Assembly (NCBI GenBank): GCA_004431415.1
Contig: QPMI01000176.1
Coordinates: forward strand, 62,001-126,000
Origin: Cyanophora paradoxa CCMP329
Lineage: Eukaryota > Plantae > Glaucophyta
Length of the DNA stretch: 64,000 nt
Direction: 5' to 3'
Position numbers and translations under genes: made by a program. Of the stretch, positions 30,597 through 43,073 are shown piece by piece (position 1 is the first letter of the stretch; every line of letters starts with the position of its first letter). Under the pieces are notes generated by a model. The model saw nothing but the letters and a program-made list of their open reading frames with translations. It was not told where the DNA came from and searched no databases.

Positions 30597-31292
30597 TCGT
30601 TCGCGAGGTCGCCCGATCTAGCTTTAAGGGCGGCGAAGGCTCATCGCATATGCATGCAGGCCCCGGCGAGAAGAGACGGAAAGCTAGCTATAGACGTAGA
30701 GCCAGCGCACTAGTACTGCGGCCCGGCGGCAAGAGCTCCGCGGGCCCCGGCATCTGATCAAGTTCGCCGATCAGACGGGGGCGTGTGTGTACCCCCTCTG
30801 CGGTCAGAGCCTCAGATCTAGCTATAGAGGCTCAGAGCCCCGCTGCCCCGCTCCATAGCGACCGCGGTCAAGCGTCGCCGTCGGCTCCGAGGCTCCGAGC
30901 CGCCGTTCCGCGTTCGAAATTCGGCGGGGCTTTTCTGACAGCGGTGACGGCGCCGCGCGCGGAGCTTTCCTTCTTCATCCTGTAGTATTCTTCTTTTCTG
31001 CCAGCAGTAGCCTGTAGTATTCTTCTTCATCGCGTAGGCCGCCTTCCAGAGGAGGGCCTCGCAGACGGGGGTAGCTGGGATCGCGCCTCGTTTTTCGGGG
31101 CTTGCGTTTCTGGCACTGCTCTACTATCCCCCTGAGGGCCCGGCATCCCCCGGGTACCAGCACGTAGCGTGTGGGTGTGTAGCTACTGTGTGAAGAGCAA
31201 GAGCTCAACTGCGGCGCGCGCCAGCCCTTGCCGTTTGGAGAGATGCATTCAAGAAATAAGAAAGAACCTAGCGCAGCTGCGACTCGCCGCGG

Positions 31293-32817
31293 CTACAGCT
31301 TGACGCCGACCTGATTCGCGAGCGCCGATAGCTGCTCCTCGTTCGCTTCGTCCGCGAGCTGCGCGGGGGCGGCCGTGAGGGAGGCTCCGCCGCGCGGCCG
31401 CGGGAGAATCAGAGCGAGGCCTCGGGCGGAGGCGCGCACTTCGAGCATCGCCTCGAGGACGTCCCTGTCGCTGAGCTCGGCGCGCAGCCGCGGCCCCAGG
31501 GCGTAGAGCTGCTCCTCCCCGTCCCTGTATCGGTCCACGTACCTGCCGGCGGGCCGGGTCGGGCCTGGCGGGGATGCGGCGGTTCTGGGGCGCGGCGGGC
31601 GCACATTTGCTTCGTGAAGTCCTTGTCGACGATGTCCCGGAATGACTGCGGGGCAGGGCGTGAGGGGGGGGGGGGGGGGGGGGGGGAGGTACGGAGACCG
31701 GGCGCCCCGGCGCCCCGCGCTCGGCCTCGCACCGGCCCGTTGGGGACGAACGTCTCCCCCTCCGTGAACCCGAGACCGTGCAGGTAGTCCCACAGGTCGC
31801 CTGCGGGCGGCGTCGGCGGGGGCGCGGCGCGGCCCGAGGCGGCGGGGCGCGCCCTCCTTGACGGAGCCGTCGGGGCCCTTGGAGAGGTACACCAAGGACG
31901 CTATGCTGATGAGGAGCGCGTGCCTTCCGTCCGCTTCGTTTCCCGCGACGCTGCGCTGCCTCAGGGGCGGAGAAGCAGGGAGGCCGGCGGCGGGTTCTCC
32001 GGCCAACCTCGCGCGGGGGTCCACGGGTATGAGCGACCGCAGAATGAGCAGCTTGTTCTGCTGCGTGGGGGCCTTGCTTTCCTCTACGCATGCATGCACG
32101 TTAACTGGGGCCGGGCGCGGGGGCGTGGGGGCGCAAGGTGCCGGACGCACGCTTCGGCTTGCGGCCGCGGGATGCCCGCTCGACCTCGAGGATTTCGAAC
32201 GCGAAGGTCTCAGCCAGCATGCGCTTCGCTTCTGCTATGATCTCGGGCACCACTCGCCGGTCTCTGCTCCCAAGCTCGCCTCGCGCCATCGGCCGCGGGG
32301 CGCGCGGGGGAGCCGCACTTGTAGTCCTTCACGACCAGGTTCTTGATGTCGTCCCGCTTCACTGGAAGCTTCTGCACGTCCTTAGCTAATAATAACCGCA
32401 CGAGGTCCGCTGCCATCGCTTTCCGGTCCTGCGGGGCGGCGTCGGCTCAGCGGGCTGAGCGGCGGGAGAATTGTCACCTCAGCCGGCATGCGCTGGCCCC
32501 CAGCCTGCAGCGAAGGTGATCAATCTGCAGCGCGCTTAATGCAGAACGCGCACCTCGTCGTCATCGCTGTCGGCTTGGCTCGCGCGGGACTGGCTTGCTG
32601 CTTGGCTGGGGCCTGTGCGCTTCTTGGCCTGCTTCTTCTTCGCCGCATCCGGCGTGTACTCCTCCTCCTCGTCATCGTCCGCCTCCTCGCTCCGCCTCTT
32701 CTTGACGGTAGGCTTTTTCTCTTTCGGCGGCTGTGCGTCGCAGTCAGACGTGCGCGTGGGTACTGCGTGAGCGCTCGCGATTGTCTGCGGGCGCCGGCCC
32801 GGCGGGCGCCGCACCAT
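31293..32817 (-). CDS. NSE3: MAGE-domain protein, NSE3-like subunit of the Smc5/6 complex, multi-exon
   Basis: Exons AADLVRLLLAKDVQKLPVKRDDIKNLVVKDY, IIAEAKRMLAETFAFEILEV, LLISIASLVYLS..G.VKE, DFTKQ.Y..R..YALGPRLRAE match the MAGE winged-helix pattern. ATG|GT at 32817. Confidence 0.8.
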
Positions 32818-32986
32818 CTGCTTTTCGAAGTTGAAGTTGTTGAACGCTGAGGGGGGTACGTGTGAGCAGTCTTGTGTGTGAAGAGCAGGACGATGGCGGC
32901 GAGGGTGAGAGCCTTCGATCCCTCTCTCACACTTGTGCTGACAGGAAGCTCAGCAGCCGCCGAAGAGCGCTGGCGCGAGCAGGACG

Positions 32987-34769
32987 GTGGACGCGCTATT
33001 GAACCAGGCGCAGAAGATGGCTGGCCCAGCAGTGGCCCCGAAGCCTGCAGCGGCACCGGCGGCAGCTCCGGCACCCGCAGCTGGCATGGGTGCGCGAAGC
33101 CGTGCTCGTACCACCCCGGTTTCCTTAGCCTCCTTCATTCAGGCCTCGCTTTTGGTGTTATGGGCCGGGCAACTTCTTCAAAGACGGGGACTGTGGTTCC
33201 GGGATCTAGCCAGCAGAGCCAGAGCCCGCCCTCGTCGCGGCCATTGGACTCGCCAACTTTCGGCCAGTGCGTGCTATGGTTTCCTTTCCGCAACACTGCA
33301 TCGCTTGTTCGTGCGCACTGACACGCGTTACAGTTCGACCGGCCACGAGGAGTTTCCTCAGGGTCGAGTCAACTTCGATCAGAGTGTTGAGGTGCACGAG
33401 CGGCCGGAGCCGCCTCCCGATGCTGTCGGCCACGTGGAGGACTTCATGCGGGTTGACGTTCAGGTTTGCCGAGAGCTGCGCGCTCGCGCGCTGAAGGGGC
33501 TGATTTAGCTGCGAGCAGGAGATCCTCGCGCCTCTCTTCGAAAGAGTGAAGGCTGGCCAAACAGAGGAAGAAGTCGTGCAGACCATGCGGGAATGGATGC
33601 AGGAGCACTTGAAACACCTGCCGGAGGAGACGCGCATGGTCGTCGCAACGCATTTGAGTGATATGTTCCAAGCGACGCAGAGCGAGCTCAGCAAGGCGAC
33701 TACGACCGAGCAGGAGCGTTTCAACCACCTATTCGGCGACGTGAAGCTTTCGATTGAGGAAGAGATCGAGGTACTTCAGAAGAAGGTACGAAAGTCGCTG
33801 CTCTCTCCTTGAGCTTCGTAGCGGCTGATGATCTGCGCAGGCGAAGGGCGGCTCTTTCAAGTCGCAGATGAAGCATTTCCAGGAGAGGCACGACGCGCTC
33901 CAGCAGCAACAGTTCGAAATGGAGATCGCGGCGCTGCAGTCCAGGGTCCAGGAGCTCGAGACGCGCCTCGAGAACCAGGATAACATGTACAAGGCCGAGC
34001 TCCGCCGTTTGCAGGGCACACAGTGCGTGCGGGTCCGGCGCCGCTCGGGCGCCCGCATTGATCTGGTCCGGCGCAGGGGCGGCGCCGCAGGGGCGGGCTC
34101 GGCCGAGTTCCTCCAGGAGCGCGAGCAGCTTTTCCGCGATTCCGAGAAGTGGTTCGCCCTCTTTCTTTTTCACCATCTTCTATCCCGTCTCGCCTCCCCG
34201 CCGGCCTGACGCCCCGCGCAGGCGCCAGGTCGCCGCGGAGCAGGAGAAGCGCATGAAGCAGCTTATGACTGAAAACGAGCAGCTCACGCGCATCGTCGTC
34301 GAGATGCGGCAACACCAAGTGGGCCCCTGCATTCGTTCCGCGCTCCCGGGGCCTCCGCTGACGGCAAGCAGGCCGCGCAGCAGCGAGCGCGCGAGGCCCA
34401 GGGCCTGCCTCCCGGTGTCTCGGTCTCGCAGAGCATCTCCGCTCCGTCCGCCTCGGCGATCCTCGGCGCTGGCAAGACGGACGCTGTGAAGGTGCGAGCC
34501 TCCTCCCTGGGCGTTGGGCGGCGTGGGCTGACTTCTCTTGCAGCGTGCCGAGCAGATTCTGGCCGCGAACGCGAACCGCATGCAGGGGGTTCGTCTTTCG
34601 GATTTCATATGCTTTCTGCGACCCGTTCCGCTCGAACCTTTTTTCATCGCAGACGGATGAGGACCGCACTCGCCTTTCTTCACGGGGCGGCGCCGGGAGC
34701 GGATCTGACCTATCGAAGCTGAGCCCGCGTCCCATCAGCCCACGCCCCACTAGCCCCGGCCCGAGGTAG
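32987..34769 (+). CDS. Coiled-coil hypothetical protein, multi-exon, head-to-head with NSE3
   Basis: ATG 32987 and a series of GT-AG-bounded exons (EIAALQSRVQELETRLENQD; AEQEKRMKQLMTENEQL) ending ..SPRPTSPGPR*. Confidence 0.7.
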
Positions 34770-35152
34770 GGTCGCGAAACTATTATAAGAGAGGTCATAA
34801 GTAGCTCCCGACCGGAACCCATCCCAGCTCGCCACCCTCTGTCGGTTTCCCTCCCGCTTTCCCTCTTTGGCGCGCCTCCCGCGGCCATGTCCGTATTTTA
34901 GTCGTATCGAATTGAGTGAACGAGTTCTTATTGTTGCCGAGGGGGCGGTGCGCGCCGCTGCGCGGGGTCTGCAGCTGGGTCGGCCGCGCGGTCCGCGTAC
35001 GTATACGTATACGTTTACGTTTAATTTAATTTACGTATACACGACAATTTGATCTTGACAGAAAAAACAATTCGACAGCGGGGCCGGGTACAACATCGGA
35101 AAGAAGAGGTTGCACAAAAAGGAACAGCAGGCCTCCCCAGAGCACAGCAAAG

Positions 35153-35718
35153 ATGAAGGTGCGCGTTTCATGTCAAATCGCGACGATCCCGGAGCCGCCC
35201 GGCGCCCCCAAAGCCGATCTCGCCGTCGCCCCGCACGTACCGCGAGCCCGAAAGCCTCACGCATGGCATCGCACGCGCGCGCAGCTCGTGAGGTTTCTGA
35301 TGAAGCTGCACAACGAGACGGTCACGGTAGAGCTCAAGAATGGCACAGTCGTCAATGGCACGGTCGCTGCTGTCGACGTGAGCATGAACACGCACTTGAA
35401 GACCGTGAAGATGACGATTAAGGGCAAGAACCCGGTCACGCTGGACCACCTCAGCATTCGTGGAAACAACATCCGGTACTTCATCCTTCCGGACAGCATC
35501 AACTTGGACACCCTCCTCATCGACGACACGCCCAAGCCGAAGCAGAAGGCGGGCGCTGGCAAGGATGCGATGGGCCGCGGGCGTGGTCGCGGTGCGCCCT
35601 GCCCTCGCGATGGAAAACATCGAGGCTCTCGCTGATTGCCCCTCTCTTCCGCCTTTCTTTTCTCGCATCTAATACAGGTCGTGGACGTGGCCGGGGTCGC
35701 GGCCGGGGTCGCGGCTAA
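35153..35718 (+). CDS. SNRPD1: Small nuclear ribonucleoprotein Sm D1
   Basis: MK|[56 protein letters not shown] plus an RG-repeat tail; two introns. Confidence 0.97.
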
Positions 35719-36549
35719 GCGCAGCACTGGTACGCGCGACGCTGCTCGCCGGCCCCGCCACCGCCCCTGGCCTCACGCTTTCCGCTTCGATGCAGGCGCC
35801 CGATCTTCGGCGGTCGATCGCGGCGTGTGTGTCTGCTGTCTCTCAGCTGGGGCTCGCCGGGCGGGTATCAGTCGGAGCGCTGGTCTGGACGTGGTCGGCC
35901 TTCGGTGCTCTCAGTCTCGGCCACCAGCCAGAGCTCTACGGCGTTCGATAGCGCTTAGCGGCTTAGCTTGAGAACTTCTGCAGATATCGTTAGCTGGAGA
36001 TCGCCGCCGTTGCGGGCTTTCTCGGTAGCTCCACCATAGGTCCTCTCGTATTCTCCCCGACTTCCCGAGGCCCCCCGTCCATCTTCACGTCCACCTCACG
36101 AGTCCCCTTCCTTTTTCCAGCCAACGTCGCCTCCCATTTCCCCTCCGCTGCGCACTCGTGTGGGTGGTCGCCCCGGCTTTCCCTGCGCTGCCTGTCTCCC
36201 ACCTTGACGTGTCGGATATCTTTAATGTTGATATGTCAGCCGGTTGTACTACGGTACTGCAGCGCCCGCGCCTAGTGCCCTTGCCTCCCACCGTGGAGAG
36301 GTATCGTGCGGAAGGCAGCTGCAGGGGTCAATGGGGTCATATACGTCGTACTTCCTTCATTTACAGACGAAGCAACTGATGACTATGCGCGTACAATAGA
36401 AGCATGATACTAGTCCTGAATAACTTAAGCAACAAGCGCGAAAAGCAGAAACCAATTGCGAGCTAGGATCCGTGCGAGGACACGAGACGCGACGTCGGCC
36501 TCGACTAAAAATACCACTGCGGGGCGAGCGGCGCTGGCGCCGAGCCGAG

Positions 36550-38660
36550 TCAGCGGATTGCGGCGTAGCGAGGGCGGGTGAAGATGAGGTCGTTGATCGA
36601 GGAGGAGGCGGAGACGACGAAAGGCCGGGGCGGGGGCGGCGGCGGAGGCGGCTCCCCGGGGTGCAGGCGGCTCCGGAGGCGGAAGGAGAGGGCGGAGGTG
36701 GAGGGCCGGGCGGGGAGGCCGGCGGCGTGCCCGGGCCGCGCGGCGGCCTCCGACGTCTGCGGCCTCGAGGCCGGCAGGGGCCCGCCGTCAGCGCCCGGCC
36801 GGCGGGGGCCCGTCCCCTTGGGCCTCAGGAGCTTGATGCGGGCGTTCTTCGTGAAGGCGCCGCCCTCGCTCATGCCTAGGGCGCGGGGCGCGTGAGGGCG
36901 GCGCGGGGCGCGCGGGCGCGGGGCGGGGCGGGCACCGGAGTGGAGGTTGAACACGGCGTCGAGAGCGGTGACTGTGACTGGGTGGTGCGCCGTGAAGACG
37001 TGGATCTGCGGGCGCCGCCCCCCGCGTCAGAGCTGGACGCTCCCTGCGACGCAGAGCCCCGCCCCCGCCCCCGCACGGCCCCCGCCGGCCGCGCACCCGG
37101 TTGAACATCGAGGTGCCTCCCACGGAGCGCGGCGTCGGGGGCTTTCCACCGGGGGGGCCGGCGGGCGGCACATCGAATTCCACGTCGTCGAGGGCGAAGG
37201 GGGCGAGGGCGGGGTGGAGGGGGAAGGCGGACGAGAAGGTGCCGGCGGCGGCGGCGGCGGCGGCGGCGGGGTCGTGGGCGCGGCCGACGCGGGTGAGGGC
37301 GGACGGGGGCAGGATGCCGGAGGAGGTGACGGCGGGGGTCGACGCCGAGTGCGAGAGGCCGGCGACCGGCTCCAGGAGGACGGCCTCCCCGCCAGCCGAG
37401 CCCGAGCTCCTCCGGCGCGCCGAGAGGGAGACCGAGTTCCGGCGCGAGGTGCTCGGCGAGGGGTGGCCCTCGGCGGGTACGTCGAAGCGCAGGTGCGGGC
37501 CCGACGCCGAGGAGCGGCGGTCGAGGGGCGGCGAGGCGGCGCGCAGGGGCGAGGGGAGGGGCCCGGGGGAGGAGGAGCCCCCGAGGGCGGGCCCCGCCGG
37601 CGAGCGGGCGGAGGGGGATGCGCGGCCCCCGAGCGGGGAGGAAGCGGCCCAGGCCGAAAGCGCCTGGGCGGGGAGGCGGGTCCCGGCGAGCGCGCCGGTG
37701 GCGGGGGCGAGGCGGGGGGCGCGTCGGGGGCGGGCGGCCCGGGGGGGCCCGGGGCGGAGAGGAGGCCGAGGGCGTGGGCCAGGGCGTGCGCCCTGGCCTC
37801 GATCACGTCACGGGAGGCCATCGGGATGCGACGCGCCCCCGACGCCGGCCGCAGCTTGGGCAGGGCGCGCGCTCTCCGCTGCACGTGCCTCACCTCTCTG
37901 TGCTCCGCGGTGGGGCCGGGGCCGGGCGAGACCCGCGCCGGCTGCTGCGGCTGGGGTGTTCCCCCCCGTGCCCCCTTCCCCGCCGGGGTTTTGGCCTGGG
38001 AGCCCGCTGCCTTGGGGGCCCCCGGGGAATCCGAGGGCCCACGCGCGCCCCTCGGCGCCTCGTCCGCGGGCCCTTCAACCCCGCCCGCGGGCACGCTCTC
38101 CTATGGCGGCGCTCAGGTGCCGCGGGCCCAGGGAAAGAGGAAGGCGCACCTCGCCGGGGCCTCCGCCGAGGGGCAGGCCCAGCCCCGCGAGCTCAGCGTC
38201 GGCCGCTGCGTCGCTCGCGGCTGCCGCCGCAGGCTGGGGCGACGGATCAGCAACGACGCTTGCAGGTCCAGCCAAAGCTCCGTCCGCTCCAGCGGCCGCT
38301 GCGACTGCGACCGGGATCAGAGACGCGGTTCGGCACGGAGTGACTGACTGCAACGGGCCAGCGGCCCGAAGCGACTGACTGCAACGGGCCAGCGGCCTGA
38401 AGCAGCTCGTCGCGAGCGTAGTTACCTCGGCCTGAAGCACCTCGGGCCGAAGGAACGCGGCTTCTGGATCTGGTCACCTCGGGCCGCCGCTCTTTACGCC
38501 ATGCTTGCAGCGAGAAACCTGTGAGCTCTTCTAGCGATCCCAAACAATCTTCGAAGCCTTTGAGCGGAGCTTTCAGCGGCACAGCGGCTGTGGCTGTTGC
38601 GGTCCCGGACGCGGATGAAGGCCGGTGGGCCCACATCCTAGCAAGAAGAAGCGGTTTCAC
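36550..38660 (-). CDS. Possible Pro/Ser-rich low-complexity host gene
   Basis: Exon-like minus-strand stretches with GTGCG/CGCAG boundaries; no domain recognised and boundaries uncertain. Confidence 0.35.
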
Positions 38661-38756
38661 ACATCCTAAATATAGCGCTAGCTGTAGCTATAGGCTATAG
38701 CTAACTCATGATCAGTTGCTGGCTCGAAATCTATAGCTAGCTGGGGCCACTCTACC

Positions 38757-38985
38757 ATATACCCAGGTCCGGGATATCCTAGAATGGACTTAGACGAGTC
38801 CACCATATCCCTGCGCCTCTATGGTGTCCGACGTCCCCTTGTCGTGTCCCTCTCATGTTCCGTCGTGTCCCTGTCGTGTCCAGAGGGGGGGGACACGAGG
38901 GGACACGAGGGGGGACACGACGTTTTCCGTGGATATGGTAGACTCGTACAAACACGAATCTAGGATATCCCGGACCCGGGGATAT
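38757..38985. mobile_element. MITE-like foldback element, ~230 bp
   Basis: GGTCCGGGATATCCTAGA..ACGAGTCCACCATATCC (left) is inverted to GGATATGGTAGACTCGT..TCTAGGATATCCCGGACC (right). Internal GTCGTGTCC/GGACACGA repeats; ATAT flanks. Confidence 0.8.
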
Positions 38986-39560
38986 ATATATGCTGAGTGG
39001 CATACCATGCTGGCAGCTCCGAGCTACTCCAGGGTACTTCGAGTTTCGTTCGCCCCGGCGGGCGATCGCAATCGCGATCGATCGCGATCGTCGCGATCGA
39101 TCGCGATCGTGTCCTACTAAGCACTGGTATCTAATTATAGCTAGCCTCGTCATGCGTGACGTCGTCGACATCGCACGTGCACAATATTACTGATCGATGG
39201 CAATTGCAAGTTATTATTTTGCAACTGCAATATTACTTTGCTGGTCATGAATTGTGTCATGATTGAGAAGACTCAAGCATGATCACATCTTCTCATACTA
39301 GCAGACCGCGCCCGGCCCTGTGCAAGATCGGCAAGTGCGGGCCGCGCGCGGAGGTGCAAGGGAGGGTACTGGTACACATTGCAGGGTACTTAGGGTGTGT
39401 GTGTGTGGGAGGGGGAGGGGGGGGGAGGGGGGGGCGGATGGGGGGAGGGGGCAGAGAGGCAAGGCGGGCGGCCGGTTGAGGCGGGCGGGGTCGCGAGGCG
39501 GGCAGGTGGGGTGGCGTCGCGGGCGGCGGCATTAGGCAGGCAGGCAGGCGAAGGCGGCGG

Positions 39561-40125
39561 CGGGCGGGGAAGCGGGCGGAGGGGCAGGTGGCGCCGGGCC
39601 CTGCGCATAGCCTGCACATACGCAGAGCTGAGGCGTCAGCTCGCGGGCGGGGAAGCGGGCGGAGGGGCAGGTGGCGCCGGGCCCTGCGCATAGCCTGCAC
39701 ATACGCAGAGCTGAGGCGTCAGCTCGCCCCAGACAGCGGCCGTGCGGGGGCGGCCCCCAGCGGGGGCGGCCGGGCCAGGTGCGCGGCAGCAGCGGCGGAG
39801 CGAACCTGGAGTCGACGACGCTGAGGCAGCCGGCAGGGCGGCGGGCGGGGAAGCGGGCGGAGGGGCAGGTGGCGCCGGGCCCTGCGCATAGCCTGCACAT
39901 ACGCAGAGCTGAGGCGTCAGCTCGCCCCGGACAGCGGCCGTGCGGGGGCGGGGCCCAGCGGGGGCGGCCGGGCCAGGTGCGCGGCAGCAGCGGCGGAGCG
40001 AACCTGGAGTCGACGACGCTGAGGCAGCCGGCAGGGCGGCGGGCGGGGAAGCGGGCGGAGGGGCAGGTGTCGCCGGGCCCTGCGCATAGTCTGCGCAGGG
40101 CCGAGGCGTCAGCTCGCCCCGGACA
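39561..40125. repeat. GC-rich tandem repeat (four ~83-bp units, partly within a ~198-bp higher-order unit)
   Basis: GCGGGCGGGGAAGCGGGCGGAGGGGCAGGTG..GCTGAGGCGTCAGCTCGC at ~39561, ~39644, ~39841 and ~40038. Confidence 0.9.
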
Positions 40126-41210
40126 GCCGCGGCGCAGGGGCGGGGCCTAGCCCGGCGCGACGTACAAGGAGCAGCTGCGAATGCTGCGATGCCGCGGCCG
40201 CCACACTCTGCTACGGAACGCCGGCCGCGGTTCAAGCCACGCATACGTGGGGCCGAGGCGTGCAAGTGGCGACCCGCCCCGAGCTTGAACTGCGCTTGAA
40301 GAGCTTGACAACATCGAGCTGGAGTCTGCTCGATCATGAATCGGAGTCCGTCAGAAACCGTCAGGGCGCGCACACAGCCGGCGTCGCGGCGTCTCGGGCG
40401 CCTTCTTCCTGCACTCTCGCGGCGCTCTCCGCCACCAGGAGCGGCTGTGCCCGCATTCGCCACCAGGAGCGCATCCGCGGCTGTTCCCGCACGGTGCAGG
40501 TGTCGCCGCCGAGGCCGCAGCCGGAAGCGCACCGGAACGCGACGTTGCGGGCGCGCCGCTCCAGCGCGCGCTCCGCATGCGGATGCTCGGCCCCGCGACC
40601 TCGTCCTCTGGGCCGAGCTCTGGCATGTGTACCCAGCAATCGCCACAAACTCTCAGGAGCACTTTTTTCCGGCGCCCGGTACAACAGGTACTTGAGGCGG
40701 CCTAGCGCGCCACGCGCCGCTTCTCGAGCCCGAGCATGTATGACAGAGTTTGTAGAGCGCATTGAGAGCATTCAGGAGCACGTGCTTCGGCGCGTATAGC
40801 AATAGCAGGTGAGGAGCGGCTTTGACATGTTTGCGCAGCCCCCTTGCATTTTTTTTCGCCGCTCGCAGCGGCTACGATGCGATCACACCTATACGAGAGC
40901 GCATGCAAAGAATCGCATCTTACAAAAATTGCTAACACAGAAAGTACGCCGCACCAACTCACCAGGGGAGCAAGGGAGGGGGTACCCCCCTTGCAATGAT
41001 GTTGTCATACTCGGTATACTCGAGACTCGCCACAGCGTCACGGTGTCTACAATGACGTACCCCCTTGGTCAGAGCACAATTGATAGAGGTGCTCAGATAG
41101 CTCCATCCTGAATAGCCCAGTGGAGTCTGAATCCGCAGCGATGGCGCGCACTGCGCATCATGGCATGGGCGAGATTTCAAGTTCCGTCGAAGTCGGACGT
41201 CCGACATTTA

Positions 41211-41651
41211 CGCTACGAGTTATGGCTCTATCATAGTATGGCACAAACTTTTTCCGAGTCAAGTCGATTGACTAAACTCGGCCGAGTTTTTAGACTGGGA
41301 ACACCTTCCAAGTCAAATTAGTACCGTAGTACTGCGCTGGCCCGCCGCTGGGGCGGTCGAGGTCCCCGTACTAATTCGACTTGAAAATGCAAGTGTTTTC
41401 TGATTGGTCACGTGCCGGTATATTTCGCATGCTATATAAAAGCTGCTGTTGGCAGTTGCTAGGTGGCGGTTACTAGAAGCATACCAAGTAGCTACTAGAA
41501 CCTACCAGGTAGCTAATTTACATAAGGGCAAGATCAGCCAGCCGCGCATCCGGCGCCTGCAGCTGCCAAATTGGTAGTGCCAATCTGGAGTTTGGCCCCA
41601 GTTCGCCAGGAATTCGAAACTCCGCCTAAGGCCGGCCCATAACTCGTAGCG
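41211..41651. mobile_element. Non-autonomous DNA transposon (PIF/Harbinger-like MITE), 441 bp
   Basis: 15-bp perfect TIR CGCTACGAGTTATGG / CCATAACTCGTAGCG with TTA on both flanks. Confidence 0.75.
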
Positions 41652-41665
41652 TTAATACTGTATAT

Positions 41666-41831
41666 TTTTTTTTTAAAGATCTACGGTGGGCGTGCCCACT
41701 CGTAGTACACAACGAGGATACAAGTCACGGTTTCGGGAATCACAAGGATTCGAAGTACAACGTAGCGGAAACAGCAGGAACCGAACCCGGGAATCCGGGA
41801 GGTCGTAGCACGACCTCATACCACTGCGCTA
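41666..41831 (-). mobile_element. tRNA-derived SINE
   Basis: Minus strand: A box TAGCGCAGTGG, hairpin GAGGTCGT-GCT-ACGACCTC, B-box-like GGTTCGGTTCC, 3' stem-loop and poly-A. Flanked by the direct repeat TAATACTGTATAT (41653-41665, 41830-41842). Confidence 0.82.
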
Positions 41832-42384
41832 ATACTGTATATGTAGGACCGCTTTTTTAACGCTAGCCGTCGTTTTATTTTGCCGTAAATTGCCGAGAGG
41901 CCGAATTCGGCAATTTTAAGGGACGGCAATGTCGCTCGTACCCCCCCCGCGCGCGCGCCCGGGCGCACGCCGGCGGAAGCTAAGCGTGTAGCGGCGCCGG
42001 CGGCGAATGAAGAACGACGGCGTAGAGGATGCATATGCCCTCGAGCTCGCGGCCGCGGCACCGAAACCGAAGCGAGAAGCAAGCTTAAGAGAACGCAGCT
42101 GGGTCTCTTTGGCGCAAGTCCAATCCCCAGTCAAGGCCAGCGTGCGGCCGGCCACTGCGGTACGCGTTTGTATGGGCCCATAGTGCTTGAAGAAAGCTCC
42201 AACGGAGGTTTAACAATGGCTAAATGGTAAGTCAAAGTTACATTCTGCACAATTCTGGCAATTCTGGTGGTCTTTTGCCATACATCTGCACAATTCTGGC
42301 AGTTTCAAATATTCGGCGCCACGAGGCTATGCCGAATAGCGCCGAATATTAAGGTCTGCCTGACATCACTCGTTTTGCAGTACT

Positions 42385-42584
42385 CCAGACGGACATCCAC
42401 ATGTACGCATAGTACATCATCACTGTACATGTGGATGTCCGTCTGGTATGCGGCGTACTATGCGCATGCGCACATGTGGCTGTCCGTCTGCCAGTCTGGT
42501 GTGCGCACCGTGGCACATGCATGATGTGGATGTCCGTCTGGTATATCACTGATAGTATATGCGCACATGTGGATGTCCGTCTGG
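42385..42584. repeat. Foldback cluster of five ~20-bp ATGTGGATGTCCGTCTGG units (one inverted)
   Basis: Perfect 22-bp inverted pair at 42385-42406 / 42425-42446 plus three further direct copies. Confidence 0.8.
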
Positions 42585-42897
42585 CGGTCTTTCGCATCGC
42601 CGAGTCGGATAGGTATAGGTATACGTATCCGCCGTGGAACACCAGCTACAGTCGCCGTGGCACGCGGACTCGGGATGGACACGCAGTACCTACGGCGTAG
42701 TACTAGTGTACCGAGTCCGACGGTCCGAGGCCTCCCGGAGTCCGATCTCTCAGTGATCTAGGATCCAGTTCATGTCTTATCTAGGAGCATGACAATTATC
42801 AATTCCAGGATGTATGCGCATGTGCGCAGTAGGCTCGCCCCATCGCCGGCGCGCCAGCGGTGAGCTCGAGCAGCGCTCCTGCAGCTTGCGCCGGCAT

Positions 42898-42902
<5 letters not shown>

Positions 42903-42935
<33 letters not shown>
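42903..42935. repeat. (CAG)n microsatellite
   Basis: Eleven CAG/GCA units. Confidence 0.95.
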
Positions 42936-42937
<2 letters not shown>

Positions 42938-43073
42938 TAGTAAACATCGCATCACATGCGCAGCGAAAGCACGCAACAAGAGGCCATACGCGCGTTTATG
43001 CGTACTGCGCCTGCCGCGCTAGCTGCGACTGGTCGCGCACAGCCTGAAGAACGCGAAGATTTAGAAGCGCCAA

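Noticed and set aside
31293-32817. Functional link between the virus and neighbouring NSE3 (Smc5/6 restricts some DNA viruses)
   Set aside because: The gene is outside the TSD and appears to be an ordinary housekeeping locus; adjacency alone is not evidence.
40150-41110. Possible gene or transposase fragment
   Set aside because: No recognisable motif or consistent exon chain could be supported.
41770-41831. Functional tRNA gene
   Set aside because: Has A/B-box-like motifs but no complete cloverleaf or acceptor stem, and it continues into a poly-A tail with a TSD, so it is a SINE.
42385-42584. CRISPR-like repeat/spacer pattern
   Set aside because: Only four direct copies plus one inverted, irregular and partly self-similar spacers, no cas genes and a eukaryotic context. 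A foldback or MITE remnant is more likely.
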